Positions 25,068-32,517 of a stretch of DNA of 32,517 bases are shown here, piece after piece. Origin of the DNA: a virus (Duplodnaviria; Caudoviricetes). Location of the stretch: positions 1 to 32,517 of the IMG/VR virus record IMGVR_UViG_3300032318_000556; one strand, written 5' to 3'. The position numbers and the translations under genes were made by a program. Within the stretch, counting starts at the first letter, position 1. Every line of letters starts with the position of its first letter. Below the pieces are notes generated by a model. The model searched no databases. It saw only the letters and a program-made list of their open reading frames with translations, and was not told the origin of the DNA.

Positions 25068-26615
25068 ATGACAGTACGTAAGTATACCTCCCGCTCACAG
25101 CAAACAACACTGTCATCAGCAGTCACCTCTGGTGCTACTGTTATTCCAGTAACTAACGCTTCTACATTACTTGCTGGTACAACTATCTCTGCTGGTCAAA
25201 CTTTTGTAGTTGTCATTGACCCAGATACTGCACTTGAAGAAATTGTAGAAATTACCTCTGCGTCCTCCAACAACCTGACAGTAACTCGTGCTGTTGATAT
25301 GTCTGGTGCATCAGCACAAGACCACTCATCAGGTGCTGTAGTACGTCACATGATTATTGGTCGTGACCTTCGTGAGTCAAACTTACACATTGAAGCAACT
25401 GGTGCTTACAACGATGGCACTAGCACTCATGCTATGCACGGACTTGGTTCATCAGATGGTGTAGTAGTTGGTACTACCGCCACTCAGACTCTTACCAACA
25501 AGACTCTTACCGCGCCAATTCTTACTGGCGTTGGTGTAGATGCAAGCATTGTGTTTGAAGGTACTACTGCTGATGCATTTGAAACTACTCTTACAGTTGT
25601 AGACCCAACACAAGACAATACAATTACATTGCCTAACACAACAGGCACTGTTGTTATTCTTGATGCTACACAAACAATGACTAATAAAACTTTAACAAGT
25701 CCTATTATTTCTGGTAGCCCAGTTATTACTGGCTTGTCTTCTGCTGGAATGTCAGCATCATCTGCTACTCCTAAAGATTATGTAGATTCTATTCTTGGTT
25801 CTGCTACTGCTGCTGCTACTTCTGCTGCATCAGCGGCGGCTAGTGCCACCGCTGCTGCTACATCTGCTTCTTCCGCAGCCACATCTGCGAGTTTAGCATT
25901 GACATCTGCTAATTCCGCAGCGACATCAGCAAGTAGTGCAGCAGCATCAGTAACCGCTGCTGCCACTTCAGCAGCCTCTGCAGCCACCTCAGCGACTGCA
26001 GCAGCCACAAGTGCAGCCTCAGCAGCAACCTCTGCTACAGCAGCGGCTACAAGCGCTACAAGCGCGGCTGCTTCTGCTACTACCGCTGCTAACTCAGTTG
26101 CTGCTATAGCGACATATGCTACTACAGCATCTAACTCAGCCAGTGCAGCAGCAACTTCAGCCTCTAGTGCTGCTACCTCAGCGTCTTCTGCTGCAACTAG
26201 CGCATCATCTGCTGCTACAACTTATGACAATTTTGATGACCGCTACCTTGGTAGCAAGTCAACTGTTCCTACAGTAGACAATGATGGCAACACACTTCTT
26301 GTAGGTGCTCTTTATTGGAACTCAACACTTAACAACATGTATGTATGGTCAGGTTCTGTTTGGGTACAGATGGCTACAACTAGCATTTATACCGCACCTA
26401 CTCTTGGTAGCACAATTATTGGTTCAGGTGCAACTGTATCTACAATTACTGCTTTAACATTAAGTAATGCCACATTTACAGGAACTTTAACTGCAGGTGC
26501 ATCATCTGGAACTAACGGACAATATTTACAATCAACTGGCACTGGAACCCAATGGGCAACTATTGACACAACAAACAATGCGGACATAATCATGACGATT
26601 ATGGGCGCTTATTAA
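25068..26615 (+). CDS. Tail fibre protein with Ala/Ser/Thr heptad repeats
   Basis: TQTLTNKTLT repeats, SATAAAT stalk, FDDRYLG...GALYWN knot, GTNGQYLQSTGTGTQW motif. Confidence 0.82.
   Translation: MTVRKYTSRSQQTTLSSAVTSGATVIPVTNASTLLAGTTISAGQTFVVVIDPDTALEEIVEITSASSNNLTVTRAVDMSGASAQDHSSGAVVRHMIIGRDLRESNLHIEATGAYNDGTSTHAMHGLGSSDGVVVGTTATQTLTNKTLTAPILTGVGVDASIVFEGTTADAFETTLTVVDPTQDNTITLPNTTGTVVILDATQTMTNKTLTSPIISGSPVITGLSSAGMSASSATPKDYVDSILGSATAAATSAASAAASATAAATSASSAATSASLALTSANSAATSASSAAASVTAAATSAASAATSATAAATSAASAATSATAAATSATSAAASATTAANSVAAIATYATTASNSASAAATSASSAATSASSAATSASSAATTYDNFDDRYLGSKSTVPTVDNDGNTLLVGALYWNSTLNNMYVWSGSVWVQMATTSIYTAPTLGSTIIGSGATVSTITALTLSNATFTGTLTAGASSGTNGQYLQSTGTGTQWATIDTTNNADIIMTIMGAY
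25800..26222 (+). repeat. Coding heptad repeat (SATAAAT/SASSAAT), about 20 units, degenerate at DNA level
   Basis: Visible in the translation; coiled-coil fibre stalk. Confidence 0.85.
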
Positions 26616-26630
26616 GAAAGGTAGTAACTA

Positions 26631-26933
26631 ATGGCTACAACATCTAAGGCGCTGGCTCGCACAGCAGCAGCAACATCAAGCACAACACTATACACAGTAC
26701 CTTCTGCAACTACAACAGTAGTTACAAATATTGCAGTATGCAATAACTCAACATCTGCTGCAACATTTACTATATTGCTAGATGATATTGAGTTACATAA
26801 AGATACTGCGCTTGCAGCAAACACAACAGCGTATATTGATTGTAAGCAAGTTCTTGCTACAACTAAAACTATTAAAGCATTAGCGTCTGCAATAACTGTA
26901 GACTTTCACATTAGCGGAGTGGAGATAGCGTAA
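26631..26933 (+). CDS. Small tail-fibre-associated beta protein, 100 aa
   Basis: TTLYTVPSATTTVVTNIAVCN...FHISGVEI pattern; sits between fibre genes. Confidence 0.65.
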   Translation: MATTSKALARTAAATSSTTLYTVPSATTTVVTNIAVCNNSTSAATFTILLDDIELHKDTALAANTTAYIDCKQVLATTKTIKALASAITVDFHISGVEIA

Positions 26934-28450
26934 TGGGTATTAATGTATTTCCACAACCAGCATCATCTCCATACACAGCGGGTACTACTTTTGGTCCACA
27001 AAGTTCACGTCCTGCTTCACCTACTATTGGTCAAAGTTTTTACAATGGTGATTTAGCCACATTTGAAATATGGAATGGAAGCACTTGGGCTATCACCAAC
27101 TCTGCTCCAGCATCAGTAACTTCTGTTACTGCAACCGATTCAGGTTCTGGTCGTGCTTATAACAATGGGCGCACTTCTGTTGCATTTACACCAGCAGATG
27201 TTGGTGGTCTAGCAACTCTTTATACAGTCGTGAGTAGCCCTAGTGCTTACACAGCAACTGGCACATCATCACCTATTATTGTTACAGGTTTGCAAACTAA
27301 CACTTCCTATACATATAGTGTTATTGCAAGCAACGCTGTTGGCGCTGCTGCTGGTCTTATTTCTACGGCAGTTACTGCTACAACAATTCCAACAGCATCT
27401 GGCACACCTACTGCTGCTCTTATTACAGATGGTACTGGAAACATAGGTGTTTCTTGGGCGGCTAGTTCTACTGGTGGAGCAGGAACAACAACATCTTATT
27501 TAGTTACATCTAGCCCTGGTGGAATAACAGCAACTACCACAAGCACAAGCGCTACTATAAGTGGGTTGACAAGTGGAACCGCATACACATTTACAGTTGT
27601 TGCATCTAATGCTAATGGTTCTGCTGCAGCATCTGCTGCATCAAACAGTGTTACCTCTCTTGCTGGACCAGCAATGAACTACTTAGTAGTTGGTGGCGGA
27701 GCATCTTCGTTCTCCGTCAATGGTGCAGGCGGTGGTGGCGGTGCCGTAAAGACAGGCACTAATACTGTTTTTGGTACATCTTTCCAAATTACCGTTGGTG
27801 CTGCTGGAACAGCAAATAGTACTTATTCGGGTGGCTCTCATGCTGCTGCACAAGGACAAGCAAGTCAACTTGCATCTATTACATGCCAAGGCGGAGGCGC
27901 TGGTGGATATGCAGTACAAGGTACTAATGGTAACGGTATAGCAGGTGGTAATGGTGGCGGTGGAAACTCAGGCATGAACACTGGTACAGGTTTTGGTGGA
28001 GCATCAAACGATAACGGTTACGCTGGCGGAAACGTTACTAACGGTGGTACATATAACCAATACGGCGGTGGCGGTGGAGCAGGTGGAGCAGGGTCTGGCG
28101 TAAATGCTGGTCCTGGTGTCTACAGCGCCATTACTGGCGTAGGTATTTATTACGGTCCTGGCGGTGGTGGCGGTGTTTACTCCACCACTGGTACGGTCGG
28201 AACTGATGGTATGGACCGAAGCGCACAAAACCCACCACGAGCAAACAACGGCGCTGGTGTTGGGTCAGGTTTGTACCAAGGGTCGGCTCCTAAATCTGGT
28301 AGCGCTGGAATAGTTGTAATTCAGTATCCAACTACAAACCGAGCCATGACATCAATTCCAGGAACATTAACTTATACAGTTAGTACAGGAATACTTGCTG
28401 GTTATTATACATACATATTTACTGCAGGAAGCGGAGTTGTAACATGGTAA
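26933..28450 (+). CDS. Tail/receptor-binding protein with two fibronectin type III domains and a glycine-rich C-terminal domain
   Basis: VTGLQTNTSYTYSVIASNAVG and ISGLTSGTAYTFTVVASNANG (FN3); YLVVGGG...GGGGG...GSAGIVVIQY. Confidence 0.85.
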   Translation: MGINVFPQPASSPYTAGTTFGPQSSRPASPTIGQSFYNGDLATFEIWNGSTWAITNSAPASVTSVTATDSGSGRAYNNGRTSVAFTPADVGGLATLYTVVSSPSAYTATGTSSPIIVTGLQTNTSYTYSVIASNAVGAAAGLISTAVTATTIPTASGTPTAALITDGTGNIGVSWAASSTGGAGTTTSYLVTSSPGGITATTTSTSATISGLTSGTAYTFTVVASNANGSAAASAASNSVTSLAGPAMNYLVVGGGASSFSVNGAGGGGGAVKTGTNTVFGTSFQITVGAAGTANSTYSGGSHAAAQGQASQLASITCQGGGAGGYAVQGTNGNGIAGGNGGGGNSGMNTGTGFGGASNDNGYAGGNVTNGGTYNQYGGGGGAGGAGSGVNAGPGVYSAITGVGIYYGPGGGGGVYSTTGTVGTDGMDRSAQNPPRANNGAGVGSGLYQGSAPKSGSAGIVVIQYPTTNRAMTSIPGTLTYTVSTGILAGYYTYIFTAGSGVVTW

Positions 28451-28986
28451 TGTTTGAACATTTTTATGCCAAAAAGGTTGACGTAACAGTTAATGAACTT
28501 ATGCAAACATGGATTGGTAAACCTAATCTTTCTTTTCTTGAAATTGGTTCGGGAGAAGGCAGCAGTGCAATAGGTATTATTCAAACAGTACTTACTAATA
28601 CATCATCTAAATTAACTTGTGTTGATAAATGGGATGCTGCATTTTCTAATGGATTTTTTGCAGATGACTATGAAACAAATTTTGATGTTAATACAACACC
28701 ATATGCAAGCCAAATTATTAAAGTTAAAAGCGATAGTCCTACTTGGTTAGTTAACAACAAAGATGAACGTTTTGATTTTATTTATATTGATGGCGACCAT
28801 TCTTATTCTGGATGCAAAATGGATGTAGCATTGTCTTGGAACATGCTTAATTCTGGTTGTTGGATGGTTATAGATGATTATGGTTTTGATGGTGTAACTC
28901 AAGCAACAGATGAGTTTACTATTTCTGCCCAAGATATTTCACAAATGGTAAGAACAGATAGTCAAACTTGGTTTAAGAAGGCGTAA
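28450..28986 (+). CDS. Class I SAM-dependent methyltransferase (Methyltransf_24-like)
   Basis: FLEIGSGEGSS motif I, LTCVDKW, FDFIYIDGDHSY, VIDDY. Confidence 0.88.
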   Translation: MFEHFYAKKVDVTVNELMQTWIGKPNLSFLEIGSGEGSSAIGIIQTVLTNTSSKLTCVDKWDAAFSNGFFADDYETNFDVNTTPYASQIIKVKSDSPTWLVNNKDERFDFIYIDGDHSYSGCKMDVALSWNMLNSGCWMVIDDYGFDGVTQATDEFTISAQDISQMVRTDSQTWFKKA

Positions 28987-29093
28987 TGTGCTATCAGTGT
29001 GGTGCTTGTTCACATGAACATACACGCACAATAGATGACGCTATAGATGAAGCAGATGCATTACCTATGTTAAGGAGTAACGGTGGCTGGTAG
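28986..29093 (+). CDS. Micro-ORF, 35 aa, starting MCYQCGACSHEH
   Basis: Translated by hand; TAATG coupling; fills the gap. Confidence 0.5.
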   Translation: MCYQCGACSHEHTRTIDDAIDEADALPMLRSNGGW

Positions 29094-31098
29094 AGATATT
29101 ACGGATGGTCGTGCTAGTCGGGCTATTGCTGTTGACCTTGGCATTGGCACAGGCACCATCTGGCAAAATACAGGTGTAGCCTATGACGTAGCCATTGCTG
29201 GTATCCCATTCTTCTTGGCTATTAAAGATGAGCGCCCTTACGAGCGTGCTACTGCACCATTCCGCAAGGAACAGTTTGATTCACAGACTAACCCAGGTGA
29301 GCAGTCGCTTACTGGTTGGTGGCTGCGTAGCCAGAATTCATTCCATACTGGTGAGGGTATTATCTTTTATGACCCACTGTCTAACCCATACTCTGCAACT
29401 ATTTCTACTAACTCATACCGTATTAAAGATGCAGTTGGTGTAAACATCTGGACACCTGGAGAGGTGTCTTTGCTGCGTGCTACAACACAAGGTCACAATA
29501 CAACTGCTTATCTAAAGTCTAATCTTCGTTCATCACAGACACTACGCACTGTGCGCTACCTTAGCGGTGGTACATATGTTGATGCTGTATTGCTACATGA
29601 TGGTTATGACATTGACCGTATCCATGCAGATGGAACTGTAGACCACTGGGTTGATTACAATGAAGGCACTGCCGACCCTGTATATGCTATGTGTGACGAT
29701 GGTCAGTATGCGTATTGGGTAACCAATGACACTGCATCTGGTAAATTAGAATTAGATAAGAAACTTATTAGTGCATCTACATCTACTGCGCCTACAGTTA
29801 TGTTTACTAAGGCTGGTATTACTGTAACTAATGCAGTTATGGAGCATGTAAAACAACGTCTTATTGTTGCAGTTAACAATGTAGTGTATGAGACAACTAC
29901 TAATGCAACTACATCTACAGCAGTAAAAACTATTTATACACACCCTAACACATCATATGTGTTTAGTAGTATTGCAGAATCTGGTACTGCTGTGTATGTA
30001 TCTGGGTATAATGGTGTCCAATCATCTATCTTTAAGTTTACTTTGGATACAACTAGCGGTGAAATGCCAGTATTAACTTATGCTATAACAGCAGCAGAAA
30101 TGCCAGCAGGTGAAGTTGTCCATAAGTTGTACTACTACTTAGGCAAGATGATGATAGGCACCAGTAAAGGTGTTCGCGTTGCATCTATTGATGGCGATGG
30201 CTCACTGACTTATGGTCCTCTTATCTCTGAAACAATACACCCGTGCTATGACTTTGCTGCACGTGATACTTATGTCTGGTGTGCTACTGGTTTGCCTACA
30301 TTAAACATTGAACCTGGAGTTATCCGCATTGATTTAAGTCAAGAGATTGATACCTTGCGGTATGCATATGCCAAAGATTTGCTGTATGACACAACATCAC
30401 ATACTGAAACAACAGCCTGTGCTTTCTTTGGCGACACAGATAGATTAACTTTCTGTACTACAGCAGATGCTGCTGGTGTTGGGTACCTATACATGGAGCA
30501 CGCAACACAGTTGCGTACTGATGGCTATGTAGAAACAGGATACATACGGTACAACACACTAGAAGGTAAGCACTTTAAACGCATTAGCGGACTAGGTAAT
30601 TTTGAACTTGGCTCTATGAGCCTACAAACAGTTGACCTTAACGGAACTGTTTATGATGTTAACTCATACGATGCTGCTATTGGCAGCCCTGAGTCCACTA
30701 TTACACAACCTGCTGGTCCACAAGATGCAATTGCTTTGCGGTTTAGATTATACCGTGATGCAACAGACACTACTAAAGGTCCTACATTTAAGGGCTATCA
30801 ACTTAAAGCATTACCTGCTAACCCACGTAATAGAATTATCAAAGTACCTTTGATGAACTTTGATATTGAAACAGACAAGTACAACACAACTGTAGGCTAC
30901 GAAGGCAGAGCCTTCGATAGACTGGCAACACTAGAAACGGCTGAGAGCAATGGAGACATTGTGTCTTGGCAAGACTTCCGCACTGGAGAAACTCAACAAG
31001 TACTTATTGAACAAGTACTATTTAATGACATGACTCCTCCCGATAAGAAACTTACTGGCTTCGGCGGTACGATTTCTCTGACCATTAGAACGGTATAA
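29083..31098 (+). CDS. Putative tail nozzle / tubular protein B-like beta-rich virion protein
   Basis: 671 aa, beta-propeller-like composition; AAGGAG RBS with GTG start; last structural gene. Confidence 0.6.
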   Translation: MAGRDITDGRASRAIAVDLGIGTGTIWQNTGVAYDVAIAGIPFFLAIKDERPYERATAPFRKEQFDSQTNPGEQSLTGWWLRSQNSFHTGEGIIFYDPLSNPYSATISTNSYRIKDAVGVNIWTPGEVSLLRATTQGHNTTAYLKSNLRSSQTLRTVRYLSGGTYVDAVLLHDGYDIDRIHADGTVDHWVDYNEGTADPVYAMCDDGQYAYWVTNDTASGKLELDKKLISASTSTAPTVMFTKAGITVTNAVMEHVKQRLIVAVNNVVYETTTNATTSTAVKTIYTHPNTSYVFSSIAESGTAVYVSGYNGVQSSIFKFTLDTTSGEMPVLTYAITAAEMPAGEVVHKLYYYLGKMMIGTSKGVRVASIDGDGSLTYGPLISETIHPCYDFAARDTYVWCATGLPTLNIEPGVIRIDLSQEIDTLRYAYAKDLLYDTTSHTETTACAFFGDTDRLTFCTTADAAGVGYLYMEHATQLRTDGYVETGYIRYNTLEGKHFKRISGLGNFELGSMSLQTVDLNGTVYDVNSYDAAIGSPESTITQPAGPQDAIALRFRLYRDATDTTKGPTFKGYQLKALPANPRNRIIKVPLMNFDIETDKYNTTVGYEGRAFDRLATLETAESNGDIVSWQDFRTGETQQVLIEQVLFNDMTPPDKKLTGFGGTISLTIRTV

Positions 31099-31102
31099 CA
31101 CT

Positions 31103-31297
31103 ATGACGCTACAAGATTGGGCTGCATTTGCCTTGTCAATTACATCCTTAATAGGTGCATTTGCTATAATGATTCGCTGGATGGTAAAGCATTATCTAGC
31201 AGAACTTAAGCCTAATGGTGGAAGTAGCGTGTCAGATAGATTAAATCGTGTCGAGAATCGTGTTGACGACATCTATAAATTGTTAAGTGAGAAGTAA
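31103..31297 (+). CDS. Single-TM membrane protein (holin-like / lysis accessory)
   Basis: One TM followed by LKPNGGSSVSDRLNRVE coiled coil; precedes the lysin. Confidence 0.65.
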   Translation: MTLQDWAAFALSITSLIGAFAIMIRWMVKHYLAELKPNGGSSVSDRLNRVENRVDDIYKLLSEK

Positions 31298-31387
31298 ATG
31301 GGATTTACAACTATATTACCTGAACCATTATGGGACCCCGTAACACCTAACATTGATTTAGAAGAATGGGAAGATGACGATGAGTAA
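31298..31387 (+). CDS. Acidic micro-ORF, 29 aa (MGFTTILPEPLWDPVTPNIDLEEWEDDDE)
   Basis: Translated by hand; fills the gap between the membrane protein and the lysin. Confidence 0.45.
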   Translation: MGFTTILPEPLWDPVTPNIDLEEWEDDDE

Positions 31388-31829
31388 AGCAACACCTGCT
31401 GCTATAGCAGTACTACGACAAGCAACAGCCTTGCGCCCATTGCGCAAGAAGGCTAGCGATGGACTATTACCATCTACTGCACACATGAAGCAGAGTCCTA
31501 ACTCTGACCACAATACAGGGTTAGCCGTTGACTTAACGCATGACCCTAAGAATGGGATTGATTGTGATTACATTTTTGAGAATCTTAAAGGAGATAAGCG
31601 TGTTAAATATCTTATCTTTAAAGGCAAGATATGGTCTGAAGAAAAGGCTGAAGAAGGAAACAGAAAATACACTGGGAGTAATCCTCATAACAAGCATCTA
31701 CATATTTCTATTGTTGATGCTTGCGCTAACGATACTTCTCCCTGGTTTCCATGGCTAGGTGACAGTAAGGCATTAGGCAAGGTTGTATCTAAAGTAAATC
31801 CCCTACCAAAGAAGAAGGTAACAAAATGA
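31380..31829 (+). CDS. Endolysin, Zn-dependent peptidase (M15/LAS-like)
   Basis: SDHNTGLAVD and HNKHLHIS zinc motifs; flanked by membrane proteins (alternative start 31374). Confidence 0.75.
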   Translation: MSKATPAAIAVLRQATALRPLRKKASDGLLPSTAHMKQSPNSDHNTGLAVDLTHDPKNGIDCDYIFENLKGDKRVKYLIFKGKIWSEEKAEEGNRKYTGSNPHNKHLHISIVDACANDTSPWFPWLGDSKALGKVVSKVNPLPKKKVTK

Positions 31830-32023
31830 ACAAGAAGAATCTTCAAGCAATTGCAGCAACATATGCACGTGCAGCAGTGGCAGCAGCCATTGCTCTATAT
31901 TTAGCAGGAGTAACAGACCCAAAGGCTTTGCTATCTGCAGCCCTTGCTGCTGTGGCTGGACCACTACTTAAGGCATTAGACCCTAACGCAACAGAGTTTG
32001 GCAAGAACGCAGCAAAGAAGTAA
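31826..32023 (+). CDS. Holin (small, two hydrophobic segments)
   Basis: YARAAVAAAIALYLAG and ALLSAALAAVAGPLLKALDP; follows the lysin. Confidence 0.72.
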   Translation: MNKKNLQAIAATYARAAVAAAIALYLAGVTDPKALLSAALAAVAGPLLKALDPNATEFGKNAAKK

Positions 32024-32063
32024 CACCCTTTTAAGGGGCTTAGCAGCCCCATAGAGACTAGAA

Positions 32064-32106
32064 GCCCCCGCTCAGGTACATTAACCTACCTGGCGGGGGT
32101 CTTTTT
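32064..32106 (+). terminator. Rho-independent terminator between convergent operons
   Basis: GCCCCCGC-T-CAGGTA...TACCTG-GCGGGGGT followed by CTTTTT; a second hairpin GGGGCT-TAGC-AGCCCC at 32035-32050. Confidence 0.8.
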
Positions 32107-32111
32107 CTGTT

Positions 32112-32267
32112 TTAGTTTTCTTTTTCTTCTAAATTATTTAAGATAAACTGATACTGATTAGGGCGCTTTTTGCGCAAACGATAGCGTAGTTCATAATACC
32201 CTTGTTGAAGGATGTCTCTTACTGTTACTCCAATGAGTACTGCTATGGCTGTATTTATTATTGTCAT
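32112..32267 (-). CDS. Small protein, 51 aa, with hydrophobic N-terminus (MTIINTAIAVLIGVTVRDIL...)
   Basis: Translated by hand; AGGAG RBS. Confidence 0.6.
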   Translation of the reverse strand: MTIINTAIAVLIGVTVRDILQQGYYELRYRLRKKRPNQYQFILNNLEEKEN

Positions 32268-32274
32268 GTGTCTC

Positions 32275-32517
32275 CTAGTTGTAGTCTAAGTGTAACTGGC
32301 GTGGGATTATATTAAGTTTTGTTCTTAACTTCTTGCGTTGAAACTCGGTAGTATTACCCCAGTACCCTAAGACCTCATGCTTGAGGGCATAATCTAGGCA
32401 CTCATCTTTTACTATACAACTACAGCATATTCTTTTTAAGAGTAATACGTTTGGGTAAGTACTTGAACCTGCTTCTGTTAAGAAAGCCTCTGGGTCAGTG
32501 TCTGCACAGTTAGCCTC
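32275..32517 (-). CDS. whiB: WhiB-family Fe-S transcription factor (5' end outside the window)
   Basis: Hand translation EANCADTDPEAFL...KRICCSCIVKDECLDYALKHEVLGYWGNTTEFQRKKLR: four-Cys pattern and GxWG turn. Confidence 0.92.
   Translation of the reverse strand, partial: EANCADTDPEAFLTEAGSSTYPNVLLLKRICCSCIVKDECLDYALKHEVLGYWGNTTEFQRKKLRTKLNIIPRQLHLDYN

Noticed and set aside
25800-26222. Tandem repeat as a diversity-generating or phase-variable locus
   Set aside because: DNA-degenerate coding heptads typical of fibre stalks; no reverse transcriptase or template/variable repeat pair seen
7645-32052. Minus-strand and off-frame ORFs inside the structural operon (e.g. 13890-14408, 23423-23797, 7295-7681)
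   Set aside because: They overlap well-supported genes entirely and have no RBS or recognisable motif
1-32517. tRNA genes, integrase, introns/inteins, stop-codon recoding, programmed frameshift at the MCP end
   Set aside because: None seen; genes read through normally in the standard code and terL and MCP are uninterrupted

Overview
This window is a large part of a tailed dsDNA phage genome, probably podovirus-like, with GC in the low 40s % by eye. The host is most likely a low-GC actinobacterium such as a freshwater acI-type cell; this is inferred from a WhiB gene, a BldD-like regulator and an actinophage-type lysin. Positions 1-5840 are a leftward operon of small accessory/early genes: DUF932, lytic transglycosylase-like protein, BldD-like XRE regulator, SSB-like protein, SLOG/DUF2493 protein and several Cys-rich micro-ORFs. 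Positions 5841-6414 are a repeat- and hairpin-rich divergent non-coding region. Positions 6421-32023 are a rightward, tightly coupled virion operon: terminase with an N-terminal HTH, portal, three large putative internal/ejection proteins, scaffold, N4-gp56-type major capsid, a cluster of small basic proteins, adaptor, tail fibres, a SAM methyltransferase, a nozzle-like tail protein and a lysis cassette. A terminator and a convergent partial whiB end the window. The strongest unexplained signal is an 18-aa C-terminal tag, RGTFTGS(Q/S)SGKVGITYTK. It ends two otherwise dissimilar Lys-rich proteins encoded about 15 kb apart and is conserved as peptide despite 8 synonymous codon differences, so it is a candidate capsid-loading or targeting signal. 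There are also candidate pseudoknot RNAs upstream of the scaffold gene and of ORF 145-564. All family calls come from motif recognition and gene context, not database searches.
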